Positions 52,011-64,000 of a DNA stretch of 64,000 nt are shown here, in pieces; position 1 is the first letter of the stretch; each line of letters starts with the position of its first letter. The notes beneath the pieces were generated by a model. That model made no database searches, was not told the DNA's origin, and saw only the letters and a program-made list of their open reading frames with translations. The position numbers were made by a program, and so were the translations under genes. This stretch comes from the human T2T-CHM13v2.0 reference genome, Homo sapiens, in NCBI RefSeq assembly GCF_009914755.1, contig NC_060935.1; one strand, written 5' to 3'.

Positions 52011-53536
52011 GGCCTGTAGGAAGTGGGGTTCTGCAGGGAGCAGTTCCTCACCAGGAAAATGGCCCTGTAAACTCTGTCCTCAGGAATGCCCATGTGCTTC
52101 CCCTGTGGTTTGGAATGAACTCTGCGCAACTCTGTAAGTTCAGTTATTCAGTAATAGACTAAAATGTCTGATGTGTGTCCCATGCTTAGCAGCCGAATAG
52201 AGTGATGACTAGGACCAGGCTCTTGTCCCAGATCAGGGCAGGCAAAATACAAACAAACCACATCCTGAGGCCTTCTCATATATGGCTGCATTGTATACCA
52301 ATGGTCTCAGAGGCAAATGTGTGTTTTCTTGGATCTGTGTGAGGCTTTTGAGCCTTGGCAAAATCTGGCAGAAGCATTAGAGTAAACCAGTGATGGCAGT
52401 ATATAGAATGAGGGGAGAGAGAGAACAAGGCAAATGCATTGCATCATTTAGGGAAGGCAGTTGGGGTATTGACTGAGCTTTTAGCCTTGAGCAATTGTTA
52501 AACTTGTTTTTATTTTTTAACTTTTATGTAAGTTAAATAGCTGCTTATTAAATGTACAAGCCGTAGAGAAAGTTGAAGTTCACACTCACACAGACCATTG
52601 AAGAATAACAGCTGCCTTGATTTTATGCGTTTCTCTAAGATTTTGTAGAGTTAGTAGAACTCAGGGAATGCCAGCTGATGTCTAGATGCTACTAGCTTAG
52701 GAAAGTGTTCTATTTCTCAGGGTAATGGATATTTACCATACTTTTAATGTAAATCTGGGAAACCTTACTTAGTCTAAAGTGAAAATCTGTGTTGGGTCAT
52801 TTTATTTTCAAGGGATGTGCCTTGCAGTTTTTTGTTTTGCTCTTTTCTTTAACTGGAGCTATATGATTTCCCGTTTCGTTTCGTACTGAAGTGTTTGAGG
52901 CTTTTTCCTCCCCCGCCCAAACACAGAAGCAAGGAGATCAAGCCACGAGTATTCTTATCTTATTGGCAGTGACTCACCTATTTTGGCTCAGTCCTAAAAG
53001 GAATTCTGGTGGTTTATTTGGGGTTGATTTTTCCTTGGCTTATGTTCTCTGCACAATAGCTAGGAATTTAACTTGAGTCTAGTGCAGACCTGTCTCCTCG
53101 CCCACCTGGAGTTTGTGTTGTGACGTCTCTGTGCCACCACCACCTGGAGAATTGAGGCCTTGGGACAAGTAAGTTGTATGGGTTCCTCCGCACCCCCAGA
53201 TTCAAATGATATTACAGAGAGGAGAATACTGATGCAGAGAATTTTCTGTCAGCCAGGAAAACTAACTGGGGGTATCTTTTTTTGTCCCTTATTGTCACCA
53301 AGCACAGAACCTTAGGAGAAATCTTGGTTCCTTAGAGCTGCCAGCTTCAATTAGGATTAACTTGTCTATTTCACTTCATAGCACAAGCCCTGTCTATGGC
53401 CCTGAGGGAGGGTGCTTGTTTCAGACATTGCAGGACAGGAATTTTCACTAATCCTCTTTGAGAATTATGTTGCTGCTCAGCAGGTGTTTATTTTTACCTT
53501 GAATTGATTTTTAAAATTTTTTGTGTTGGTCTTTAA

Positions 53537-53695
<159 letters not shown>

Positions 53696-53816
53696 TGACT
53701 TAACAGTGGGATATGTTATCACCAGGTCTCATAAGGTATTGTAAGCAAAGATGATTCAGAAGAAAACCAATTAAAATCCTGTAAATTTGAATTAAATTGA
53801 TCCTGCTTTGTCTCTA

Positions 53817-54152
<336 letters not shown>

Positions 54153-54415
54153 TCATAAATTGGATATATTAGCTCTATTTGAATAAAACTCTGATAACAT
54201 GACTTATGTTAGCATGTTGATCTTAATTGGCAGGACAAACTGACAACCCTGTTAGAACATCTCTCTCCTTATAGATTAGTGTCCTTAATTTTGAGAGATG
54301 TCTACATGTAATTCAGTGTTTGTCTTCATCTTTTCTCTAAGAGTTTTTGGTCCACCTTAAGTGTTATGGGGCTCAGGAAACCAGGTGGGAAAGACTAGGA
54401 GGTGGGGCTCACTTA

Positions 54416-54772
<357 letters not shown>

Positions 54773-55647
54773 CTAAGAAATACCTGCCTCACAGGGGTAA
54801 TTACGGAAGCATTTCTCCTGTGGCTTACCTGGCAACCATTGCCCTAGAGTTGACAACTGCCAGAGTGCATGAATTGGCAGGGAAATGAAGCTGTTCTTTA
54901 GCTACCAACTCTTTCACTAACTGCTTCTATTCTGAAAGTGTTTAGCAAGGCTTTTGTGCCTGTATTCATCCAGCTCCTGGCTTTGATGCTTTCTAGAATC
55001 CACACTACCCCTCCTCTCTGATTATCTAGATGTTAAATCATCCTTAGGAGCCACTTCAAACCCATTTCACACACAACACCTTTACTTACTCCTCTAATCT
55101 GTATTGCTCTCTTCTCCAGACCCCTGTAGCACTTAATGGTTTATGTTAGTTTTTCTGAAAGTATGTTCTATTGAAGCTCTGAGGAGTGTTAATGTTGTCA
55201 TATGCAAAAAAGGCTCTGTGGCCAAGTAAGTTTGGGAAACCTAGAAGCAAGGCTAGGAAGATGGATTTATTCAAAGCCCTCTGGGAAGGCTTGTTTTGCT
55301 GTTAGGAAGGTGCATCTCCTAAGGGTAGAATAAAGTATTCTTGCAGTCTTTCTATTTTAGTGTTTCCCAAAGTATATTTAAGGCCAAGGTAGGTCTATAC
55401 CACTCATGTTTATGTTTAGTCTTATTATGGTGGTGCTTATCTGGAAGACAGGGTAGTGATGCTGTCGTGTTGTGTACTTGTTCTTTCTCCCGCTGCTGCA
55501 TATAATTTTTCAAGGGCTTTTTTATTTTTTTCATGACTCCTTTAGTGCTCAGCACATAATAGCAATCAAGCTGTTATTGGATATCTGAACAATGTTGAAG
55601 CAAAAGTAAACTTGGCATTGTTATTTTGTTATCTGTGAGTTGTTTGA

Positions 55648-56025
<378 letters not shown>

Positions 56026-59000
56026 AGCCCTCAGGCAGACTGAATTCTAAATCTGTGAAGGATCTAAGGAGACACATGCACCGGAAATTTCCATAAGCCA
56101 GTTGCAGTTTTCAGGCTAATACAGAAAAAGATGAACAAACGTCCAGCAAGATACTTTAATCCTCTATTTTGCTCTTCCTTGTCCATTGCTGCTGTTAATG
56201 TATTGCTGACCTCTTTCACAGTTGGCTCTAAAGAATCAAAAGAAAAAAACTTTTTATTTCTTTTGCTATTAAAACTACTGTTCATTTTGGGGGCTGGGGG
56301 AAGTGAGCCTGTTTGGATGATGGATGCCATTCCTTTTGCCCAGTTAAATGTTCACCAATCATTTTAACTAAATACTCAGACTTAGAAGTCAGATGCTTCA
56401 TGTCACAGCATTTAGTTTGTTCAACAGTTGTTTCTTCAGCTTCCTTTGTCCAGTGGAAAAACATGATTTACTGGTCTGACAAGCCAAAAATGTTATATCT
56501 GATATTAAATACTTAATGCTGATTTGAAGAGATAGCTGAAACCAAGGCTGAAGACTGTTTTACTTTCAGTATTTTCTTTTCCTCCTAGTGCTATCATTAG
56601 TCACATAATGACCTTGATTTTATTTTAGGAGCTTATAAGGCATGAGACAATTTCCATATAAATATATTAATTATTGCCACATACTCTAATATAGATTTTG
56701 GTGGATAATTTTGTGGGTGTGCATTTTGTTCTGTTTTGTTGGGTTTTTTGTTTTTTTTGTTTTTGGCAGGGTCGGTGGGGGGGTTGGTTGGTTGGTTGGT
56801 TTTGTCGGAACCTAGGCAAATGACCATATTAGTGAATCTGTTAATAGTTGTAGCTTGGGATGGTTATTGTAGTTGTTTTGGTAAAATCTTCATTTCCTGG
56901 TTTTTTTTACCACCTTATTTAAATCTCGATTATCTGCTCTCTCTTTTATATACATACACACACCCAAACATAACATTTATAATAGTGTGGTAGTGGAATG
57001 TATCCTTTTTTAGGTTTCCCTGCTTTCCAGTTAATTTTTAAAATGGTAGCGCTTTGTATGCATTTAGAATACATGACTAGTAGTTTATATTTCACTGGTA
57101 GTTTAAATCTGGTTGGGGCAGTCTGCAGATGTTTGAAGTAGTTTAGTGTTCTAGAAAGAGCTATTACTGTGGATAGTGCCTAGGGGAGTGCTCCACGCCC
57201 TCTGGGCATACGGTAGATATTATCTGATGAATTGGAAAGGAGCAAACCAGAAATGGCTTTATTTTCTCCCTTGGACTAATTTTTAAGTCTCGATTGGAAT
57301 TCAGTGAGTAGGTTCATAATGTGCATGACAGAAATAAGCTTTATAGTGGTTTACCTTCATTTAGCTTTGGAAGTTTTCTTTGCCTTAGTTTTGGAAGTAA
57401 ATTCTAGTTTGTAGTTCTCATTTGTAATGAACACATTAACGACTAGATTAAAATATTGCCTTCAAGATTGTTCTTACTTACAAGACTTGCTCCTACTTCT
57501 ATGCTGAAAATTGACCCTGGATAGAATACTATAAGGTTTTGAGTTAGCTGGAAAAGTGATCAGATTAATAAATGTATATTGGTAGTTGAATTTAGCAAAG
57601 AAATAGAGATAATCATGATTATACCTTTATTTTTACAGGAAGAGATGATGTAACTAGAGTATGTGTCTACAGGAGTAATAATGGTTTCCAAAGAGTATTT
57701 TTTAAAGGAACAAAACGAGCATGAATTAACTCTTCAATATAAGCTATGAAGTAATAGTTGGTTGTGAATTAAAGTGGCACCAGCTAGCACCTCTGTGTTT
57801 TAAGGGTCTTTCAATGTTTCTAGAATAAGCCCTTATTTTCAAGGGTTCATAACAGGCATAAAATCTCTTCTCCTGGCAAAAGCTGCTATGAAAAGCCTCA
57901 GCTTGGGAAGATAGATTTTTTTCCCCCCAATTACAAAATCTAAGTATTTTGGCCCTTCAATTTGGAGGAGGGCAAAAGTTGGAAGTAAGAAGTTTTATTT
58001 TAAGTACTTTCAGTGCTCAAAAAAATGCAATCACTGTGTTGTATATAATAGTTCATAGGTTGATCACTCATAATAATTGACTCTAAGGCTTTTATTAAGA
58101 AAACAGCAGAAAGATTAAATCTTGAATTAAGTCTGGGGGGAAATGGCCACTGCAGATGGAGTTTTAGAGTAGTAATGAAATTCTACCTAGAATGCAAAAT
58201 TGGGTATATGAATTACATAGCATGTTGTTGGGATTTTTTTTAATGTGCAGAAGATCAAAGCTACTTGGAAGGAGTGCCTATAATTTGCCAGTAGCCACAG
58301 ATTAAGATTATATCTTATATATCAGCAGATTAGCTTTAGCTTAGGGGGAGGGTGGGAAAGTTTGGGGGGGGGGTTGTGAAGATTTAGGGGGACCTTGATA
58401 GAGAACTTTATAAACTTCTTTCTCTTTAATAAAGACTTGTCTTACACCATGCTGCCATTAAAGGCAGCTGTTCTAGAGTTTCAGTCACCTAAGTACACCC
58501 ACAAAACAATATGAATATGGAGATCTTCCTTTACCCCTCAACTTTAATTTGCCCAGTTATACCTCAGTGTTGTAGCAGTACTGTGATACCTGGCACAGTG
58601 CTTTGATCTTACGATGCCCTCTGTACTGACCTGAAGGAGACCTAAGAGTCCTTTCCCTTTTTGAGTTTGAATCATAGCCTTGATGTGGTCTCTTGTTTTA
58701 TGTCCTTGTTCCTAATGTAAAAGTGCTTAACTGCTTCTTGGTTGTATTGGGTAGCATTGGGATAAGATTTTAACTGGGTATTCTTGAATTGCTTTTACAA
58801 TAAACCAATTTTATAATCTTTAAATTTATCAACTTTTTACATTTGTGTTATTTTCAGTCAGGGCTTCTTAGATCTACTTATGGTTGATGGAGCACATTGA
58901 TTTGGAGTTTCAGATCTTCCAAAGCACTATTTGTTGTAATAACTTTTCTAAATGTAGTGCCTTTAAAGGAAAAATGAACACAGGGAAGTGACTTTGCTAC

Positions 59001-59510
59001 AAATAATGTTGCTGTGTTAAGTATTCATATTAAATACATGCCTTCTATATGGAACATGGCAGAAAGACTGAAAAATAACAGTAATTAATTGTGTAATTCA
59101 GAATTCATACCAATCAGTGTTGAAACTCAAACATTGCAAAAGTGGGTGGCAATATTCAGTGCTTAACACTTTTCTAGCGTTGGTACATCTGAGAAATGAG
59201 TGCTCAGGTGGATTTTATCCTCGCAAGCATGTTGTTATAAGAATTGTGGGTGTGCCTATCATAACAATTGTTTTCTGTATCTTGAAAAAGTATTCTCCAC
59301 ATTTTAAATGTTTTATATTAGAGAATTCTTTAATGCACACTTGTCAAATATATATATATAGTACCAATGTTACCTTTTTATTTTTTGTTTTAGATGTAAG
59401 AGCATGCTCATATGTTAGGTACTTACATAAATTGTTACATTATTTTTTCTTATGTAATACCTTTTTGTTTGTTTATGTGGTTCAAATATATTCTTTCCTT
59501 AAACTCTTCT
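56026..59510 (+). other. YAP1: YAP1 3' UTR (end approximate)
   Basis: Follows the stop codon; AU-rich, no recognisable TE over ~3.5 kb; end placed after AATATA (59485-59490) and before the U/GU-rich tract. Confidence 0.8.
56133..59121 (+). promoter_or_regulatory. miRNA seed matches in 3' UTR: GAACAAA (miR-375, 56133), TGCTGCT (miR-15/16/195, 56187), CAGTGTT (miR-141/200a, 58565 and 59115), GTGCCTT (miR-124/506, 58957)
   Basis: Seed complements seen in sequence; these families are known or reported YAP1 regulators. Confidence 0.55.
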
Positions 59511-59596
59511 TTGTTGTTTTTAACAATTGATATTTGAAACTTTTTTTTTTTTTGGCTTCTTACTGGTCTTCCAATAGAACAAGAACTGGCAATAAA
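59485..59596 (+). terminator. Distal polyadenylation region: variant AATATA with GU-rich downstream element, plus canonical AATAAA at 59591-59596
   Basis: Motifs seen directly; other UTR AATAAA hexamers at 57567, 58428 and 58799. Confidence 0.6.
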
Positions 59597-59888
59597 AGGT
59601 GATTACAGTAGTAACTGGGAAGACAAGTTAAACTTAAGTTTCGTTGTGCTTTAAGTTAGGCTTGACATTTGGAACTTTTGAAGTATGGATATATAATTCT
59701 TTTAACTTTGTGTTCTTACTCTTCACATACACCATCCTCATCCGTGGTAGTGTCTAAGCAGAACTGCGTCTGCTTGATTCTTAAATGACTTCACTACATG
59801 TGACGGCACAGAGGACACTGAGAACATAAGAACATGGCACTGTCTTTCAGAATGGCCTTTGGTTTTACTTCTTTAATATATTCTCTCA

Positions 59889-60072
59889 GGCCAGGCGTGG
59901 TGGCTCACGCCTGTAATCCCAGCACTTTGGGAAGCCAAGGCAGGCGGATTACCTGAGGTTGGGAGTTCAAGACCAGCCTGACCAACATGGAGAAACCCCG
60001 TCTCTACTAAAAATACAAAATTAGCTGGGCGTGGTGTCGCATGCCTGTAATCCCAGCTACTCGGGAGGCTGA
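59889..60072 (+). mobile_element. 3'-truncated, tailless Alu (AluSp-like)
   Basis: Stops at gggaggctga; no A-tail. Confidence 0.85.
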
Positions 60073-60229
60073 GAATATATATATATTCTGTTCTATTTTG
60101 GAGGTCATGAGAGAATATTATATATTAGTAAAAAGCATTACTTACTGGCTTATAAATAAAAACATTCACAAATTGAAGTGGTAGGTCCTGACCTTTGAAT
60201 AAGAAGTAGATTTGAGTATCTTTAAAGAT

Positions 60230-60532
60230 GGCTGGACGTGGTGGCTCACGCCTGTAATTTCAGCATTGTGGGCGGAGGCTGAGGCGGACAGATCACCCGA
60301 GGTCAGGAGTTCGACAGCAGCCTAGTCAACATGGTGAAACCCCATCTGTACTAAAAATACAAAAATTAGCTGGGCATGGTGGTGCATGCTTGCAATCCCA
60401 GCTACTTGAGAGGCTGAGGTGGGAGGATCACTTGAACCCGTAAGGCAGAGGCTGCGGTAAGCCAAGACCACGCCACTACACTCCAGCCTGCGTGACAGAG
60501 CGAGACTCCATCTCAGAAAAAAAAAAAAAAAA
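60230..60532 (+). mobile_element. Alu
   Basis: Full-length consensus with A-tail. Confidence 0.88.
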
Positions 60533-62191
60533 GATTGATTTCTGTGTTTGCGTGTATAATAGCTTCAATTATTGACACATCTATTTTGGTGAGGCAAATC
60601 TGAAAATGCTTCATATTTTACAATATATAATTTCTTTATGTTAGAACACTAATTTCGTGTAGCTTGAAATTGATTATTTCCTTTTTGTAGTTCAGATATA
60701 GTGGTGGTACATCTTGGCTCAAAACCATACCTTGTGTCTGTAGACACTGTGCTTGTTGCTCCACGGTGGTACACTTTTTGTCAGATGGTGTGAAGCCCAG
60801 TAATGTGAATCTGCCTTCATTCTGGATCTCTGAACCAGAATTGTACCATCTTTAGTTAACTCTGAGTTTAACAGAATACTCAGAAAAATGTATTTAGATT
60901 TGGGAATAGCCTCTAACGAGAACAAGGAGGAACATTCCAAATACTTGAGAAGTATAGTGGTCATACTTAAAACATGATTTACATAATGTTTTTCTTAGAC
61001 CCCAAATTAAAGTTCAACAGCTCAGTGAGTGAATTGCTCAGCTGCAATAAGCAAGAAAACAGTCTTCCAGAGGGAGGGGGAGGGGGAGAGAGATCAGTAA
61101 CTACTAGTGAAAGGAAACCTAGGTGACTACTGCAGAAGTGATCGGTAGACTGGGGGTTTTGTTTAATTCCCCAACCCCGATTTCCATTTCTTGACAGCTG
61201 AGGTTACAAAAGAAAGGCAGCCCCAAGGAGCTGATGATGTTTTCTTACCTTCTCTAATGGCAGCCAGACTCTCCCTGCTTCTGTAATCATCAGTTTTACT
61301 GACAGAAAACCTGGCTTTATTGCGGGTAAATTCCTGGCTCCGGGGTTCCACATGTGCTAACGCTGTTGGAATCAACAGTAGCTCTGGCAGGATGTCTGCC
61401 ATGTCATCCCTATTCAACTTTAAACTGTTGGCACTTAGTCTTTTTTAGCCATGAGAACTTTGTGATAAATCTTTTTTGATTTAAAGCTTAACTACTAAAT
61501 TAAAATTCAGATGAGAAGTCGGTGACATTTAGTACTACAGTTTTTCCAAGTCACACATAAAATATGTTTTGCTACCTTGAACACAAAAAGCTCTGACATA
61601 GGTAAAATGGATAATTTCTTAACCATAAACATAGCCTTAATACTGCCACAAATGAAAACAGTTGCAGAATCAAGACATGAGCAAAACAAAATGACACTGA
61701 AAAGGTATTCTGAATTAAAGTCTGCCGTATTTTAACAAAAAACAAAACTCCCAAAGTGACCTGACTTACAAGCTGCTATGATCCTGTTAGAAACAAAAAA
61801 CCTAGTATCTTTGCCACTGAAAGCAATTATTTGGAGACCTCTTAGCAAAGGGTCTACTTCTGTAAAATTTTTGAACACCTAGTCTAGTTAACTTAAAAAC
61901 AAACTTTAACTGTTAAAGAAACAAGAACTAGAGGTACTGTAACTTTGTGAAATTGGTATTGGTTTGCACTCAGTTAGTGGACAGGGCTTGATTTTTTTGT
62001 AAAAGGAACTTGTAAAAACTTCTTAGGGTTGTGACATACCTTTCCCCACGTTTCCTTACATCTTGTCCCAGGTATATTTTTGTGGAATTATAGTTCCCAC
62101 GACCTTCATAGAATCTATATAAAATATGAGTTAAACTTCACATTTGGTTGTAATTTTACTTGGGATATTATTAGAAGCCACATCTCAGTTC

Positions 62192-62490
62192 CTTTTTTTT
62201 TTTTTTTCTTTTTTTGAGACGGGGTCTCGCTCTGTCACCCAGGCTGGAGTGCAGTGCCGCAATGTCAGCTCACAGCAACCTCCACTTCCTGGGCTCAAGC
62301 AGTTCTCGTGCCTCAGCCTCCCAAGCAGCTTGCGCCACCCACCCAGCTAATTTTTGTATTTTTTGTAGAGACGTGGGGTTTCACCATGTTGTCCAGGCTG
62401 GTCTCAAACTCCTGAGCTCAAGTAATCAATCTGCCCACCTCCACCTTCCAAAGTGCTGGGATTACAGGCCTGAGCCACCACGCCGTGCCC
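62192..62490 (-). mobile_element. AluJ-like
   Basis: TSD ccacatctcagttcctttt. Confidence 0.88.
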
Positions 62491-62810
62491 CACATCTCAG
62501 TTCCTTTTAAAGCATTTGTTCTGTTTCAAATCGGGTTTTTATGTTACAGTGGATTTACACAATTAAAATGATAGCATATCTGGCAAACTTGAACTAATTT
62601 TCTCAAGGATCTGGATTAAATGGCAGGATCTGAGAGAAAATCTCCTGTCTATCAGTGCTATCACCAAGAGCTACTGAAGCCAGCTACTCAAAGCTGAGCT
62701 TCACTAGTGATGCAGCCATTGGGAAACCTAGCTAAAGACACTTCCTCCTCCTTCAGGGAACCTCTCAGCAACTTGTATTTGGCACTTTTTTCTACTGAAT
62801 AAGAGGTAAA

Positions 62811-63110
62811 GCCTGGCACGGTGGCTCACGCCTGTAATCCCAGCAATTTGGGAGGCCAAGGCAGGCAGGTTACCTGAGGTCAGGAGTTCAGGACCAGCCT
62901 GGACAACATGGTGAGACCCCGTATCTACTAAAAATACAAAAATTCGTTGGCTGCGGTGGCAGGCAGCTGTAATTCCAGCAACTGGGGAGGCTGAGGCACG
63001 GAGAATTGCTTGAACCCAGGAGGCGGAGGTTGCAGTGAGCTGAGATCGCGCCACTGCATTCCAGCCTGGGCAACAGAGCGAGACTCTGTCTCAGGGGGAA
63101 AAAAAAAAAA
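62811..63110 (+). mobile_element. Alu (AluS)
   Basis: TSD gaggtaaa. Confidence 0.88.
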
Positions 63111-64000
63111 GGAAGAGGAGGTAAACACATCTGCAGGCAGAGTTCAGCAGAGGCATCTGCCTCATGGGCTGTAGCCCAGTGGATTCTAAATGATACTAGG
63201 ATCACAACTAGATAAGACTGATCACTTGGATGACCGTGAATTAAGACCTTAGATTTTATAAGAGATACAATGGCTCATATTCAGGGACAGCCAGACTGTT
63301 AGGTAATTTGAAGTCACACCACAAAAACCACATGTGCATCATCTTCCAAAAGGAGGCCATTTGCTGAGGTGTTTTGTCTCTGAGCACTAGTAAGTCTGTT
63401 GAGCCCTGTAAAATAATCCCAAATGGGACTGCCCAGTGAAGAATGTGGACTTGAGATTTAGTTGTTCTTTTACAGTCCAAATCATTGAAAGACAGCATAG
63501 CTTTTCTGTATTCTAGGCCAAAGGAATTTCTGTGGAATTCTGCTATGGGAGTTTCAGAAAACCAGCCTAAGCCCATTTAGTGTCATTCAGAAAACAGCTG
63601 ATGCTTCATTGAGGGGCAGCGGGCGGGGATGGGGGTGACGGGTGCTTAACAGCCAACTCACAGCTCACCTTCGAGGCCACATCTTTATCTGGAATGCAGT
63701 GGCAAACCCTACCCCAAATTCAGGATGTTGCTGAGGAAATTTTCCACTGATTTGAGCTAAAACTTTGACTAAATCCCTATCAGTCTTCCAAAATCACTGA
63801 AGAAAAATTCTCAATACCTGAACATCTCCAGTGTTCTCATAGTTTTGTTGTTCTATCCTGGTCACTATGACAAATTTGAAAGGCAGATTATTCCAATTAA
63901 GTTGGTGTCCCACTGCCATCACTTACTGTGGGATTTGGAGTCTCTCAGACTTTTTCTCCATCAGGGGTAAAGTGAACGTACTACAATTTGCACTATCTCA

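Noticed and set aside
59117-59530. 137-aa ORF in the distal 3' UTR
   Set aside because: Non-ATG start, low-complexity U-rich codons, overlaps the polyA region

Overview
Human (primate) genomic DNA containing the 3' half of YAP1 (Hippo pathway co-activator, chr11q22) on the + strand. It covers the end of intron 3, coding exons 4-9, the ~3.5-kb repeat-free 3' UTR and ~4.5 kb of downstream sequence. The exons encode WW2, the SH3-binding/coiled-coil region, the optional VRPQ extension and 48-nt exon 6, the LATS site HSRDES with the DSGLS phosphodegron, and the C-terminal PDZ-binding motif FLTWL. The introns are dense in Alu, L1, L2, MIR, MaLR/ERV1 LTR and Tigger/MER DNA-transposon remnants, and nearly all other ORFs in the supplied track are repeat-derived or chance ORFs. 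The most notable unexplained structures are: (1) a 66-nt uninterrupted 29-bp hairpin in intron 6 (pre-miRNA-like); (2) a sense THE1 LTR in intron 4 whose ATG and splice donor are in frame with exon 5, and which looks like a captured LTR+PBS strong-stop fragment; (3) a back-spliced exon 4-5 circle ORF whose start and stop overlap (ATGA), giving 99 aa; (4) a near-consensus AluYa5; (5) an in-frame decoy acceptor 48 nt upstream of exon 4; (6) candidate intronic polyadenylation sites. All functional claims beyond the YAP1 gene structure are inference. Repeat subfamily names and boundaries are by-eye recognition.
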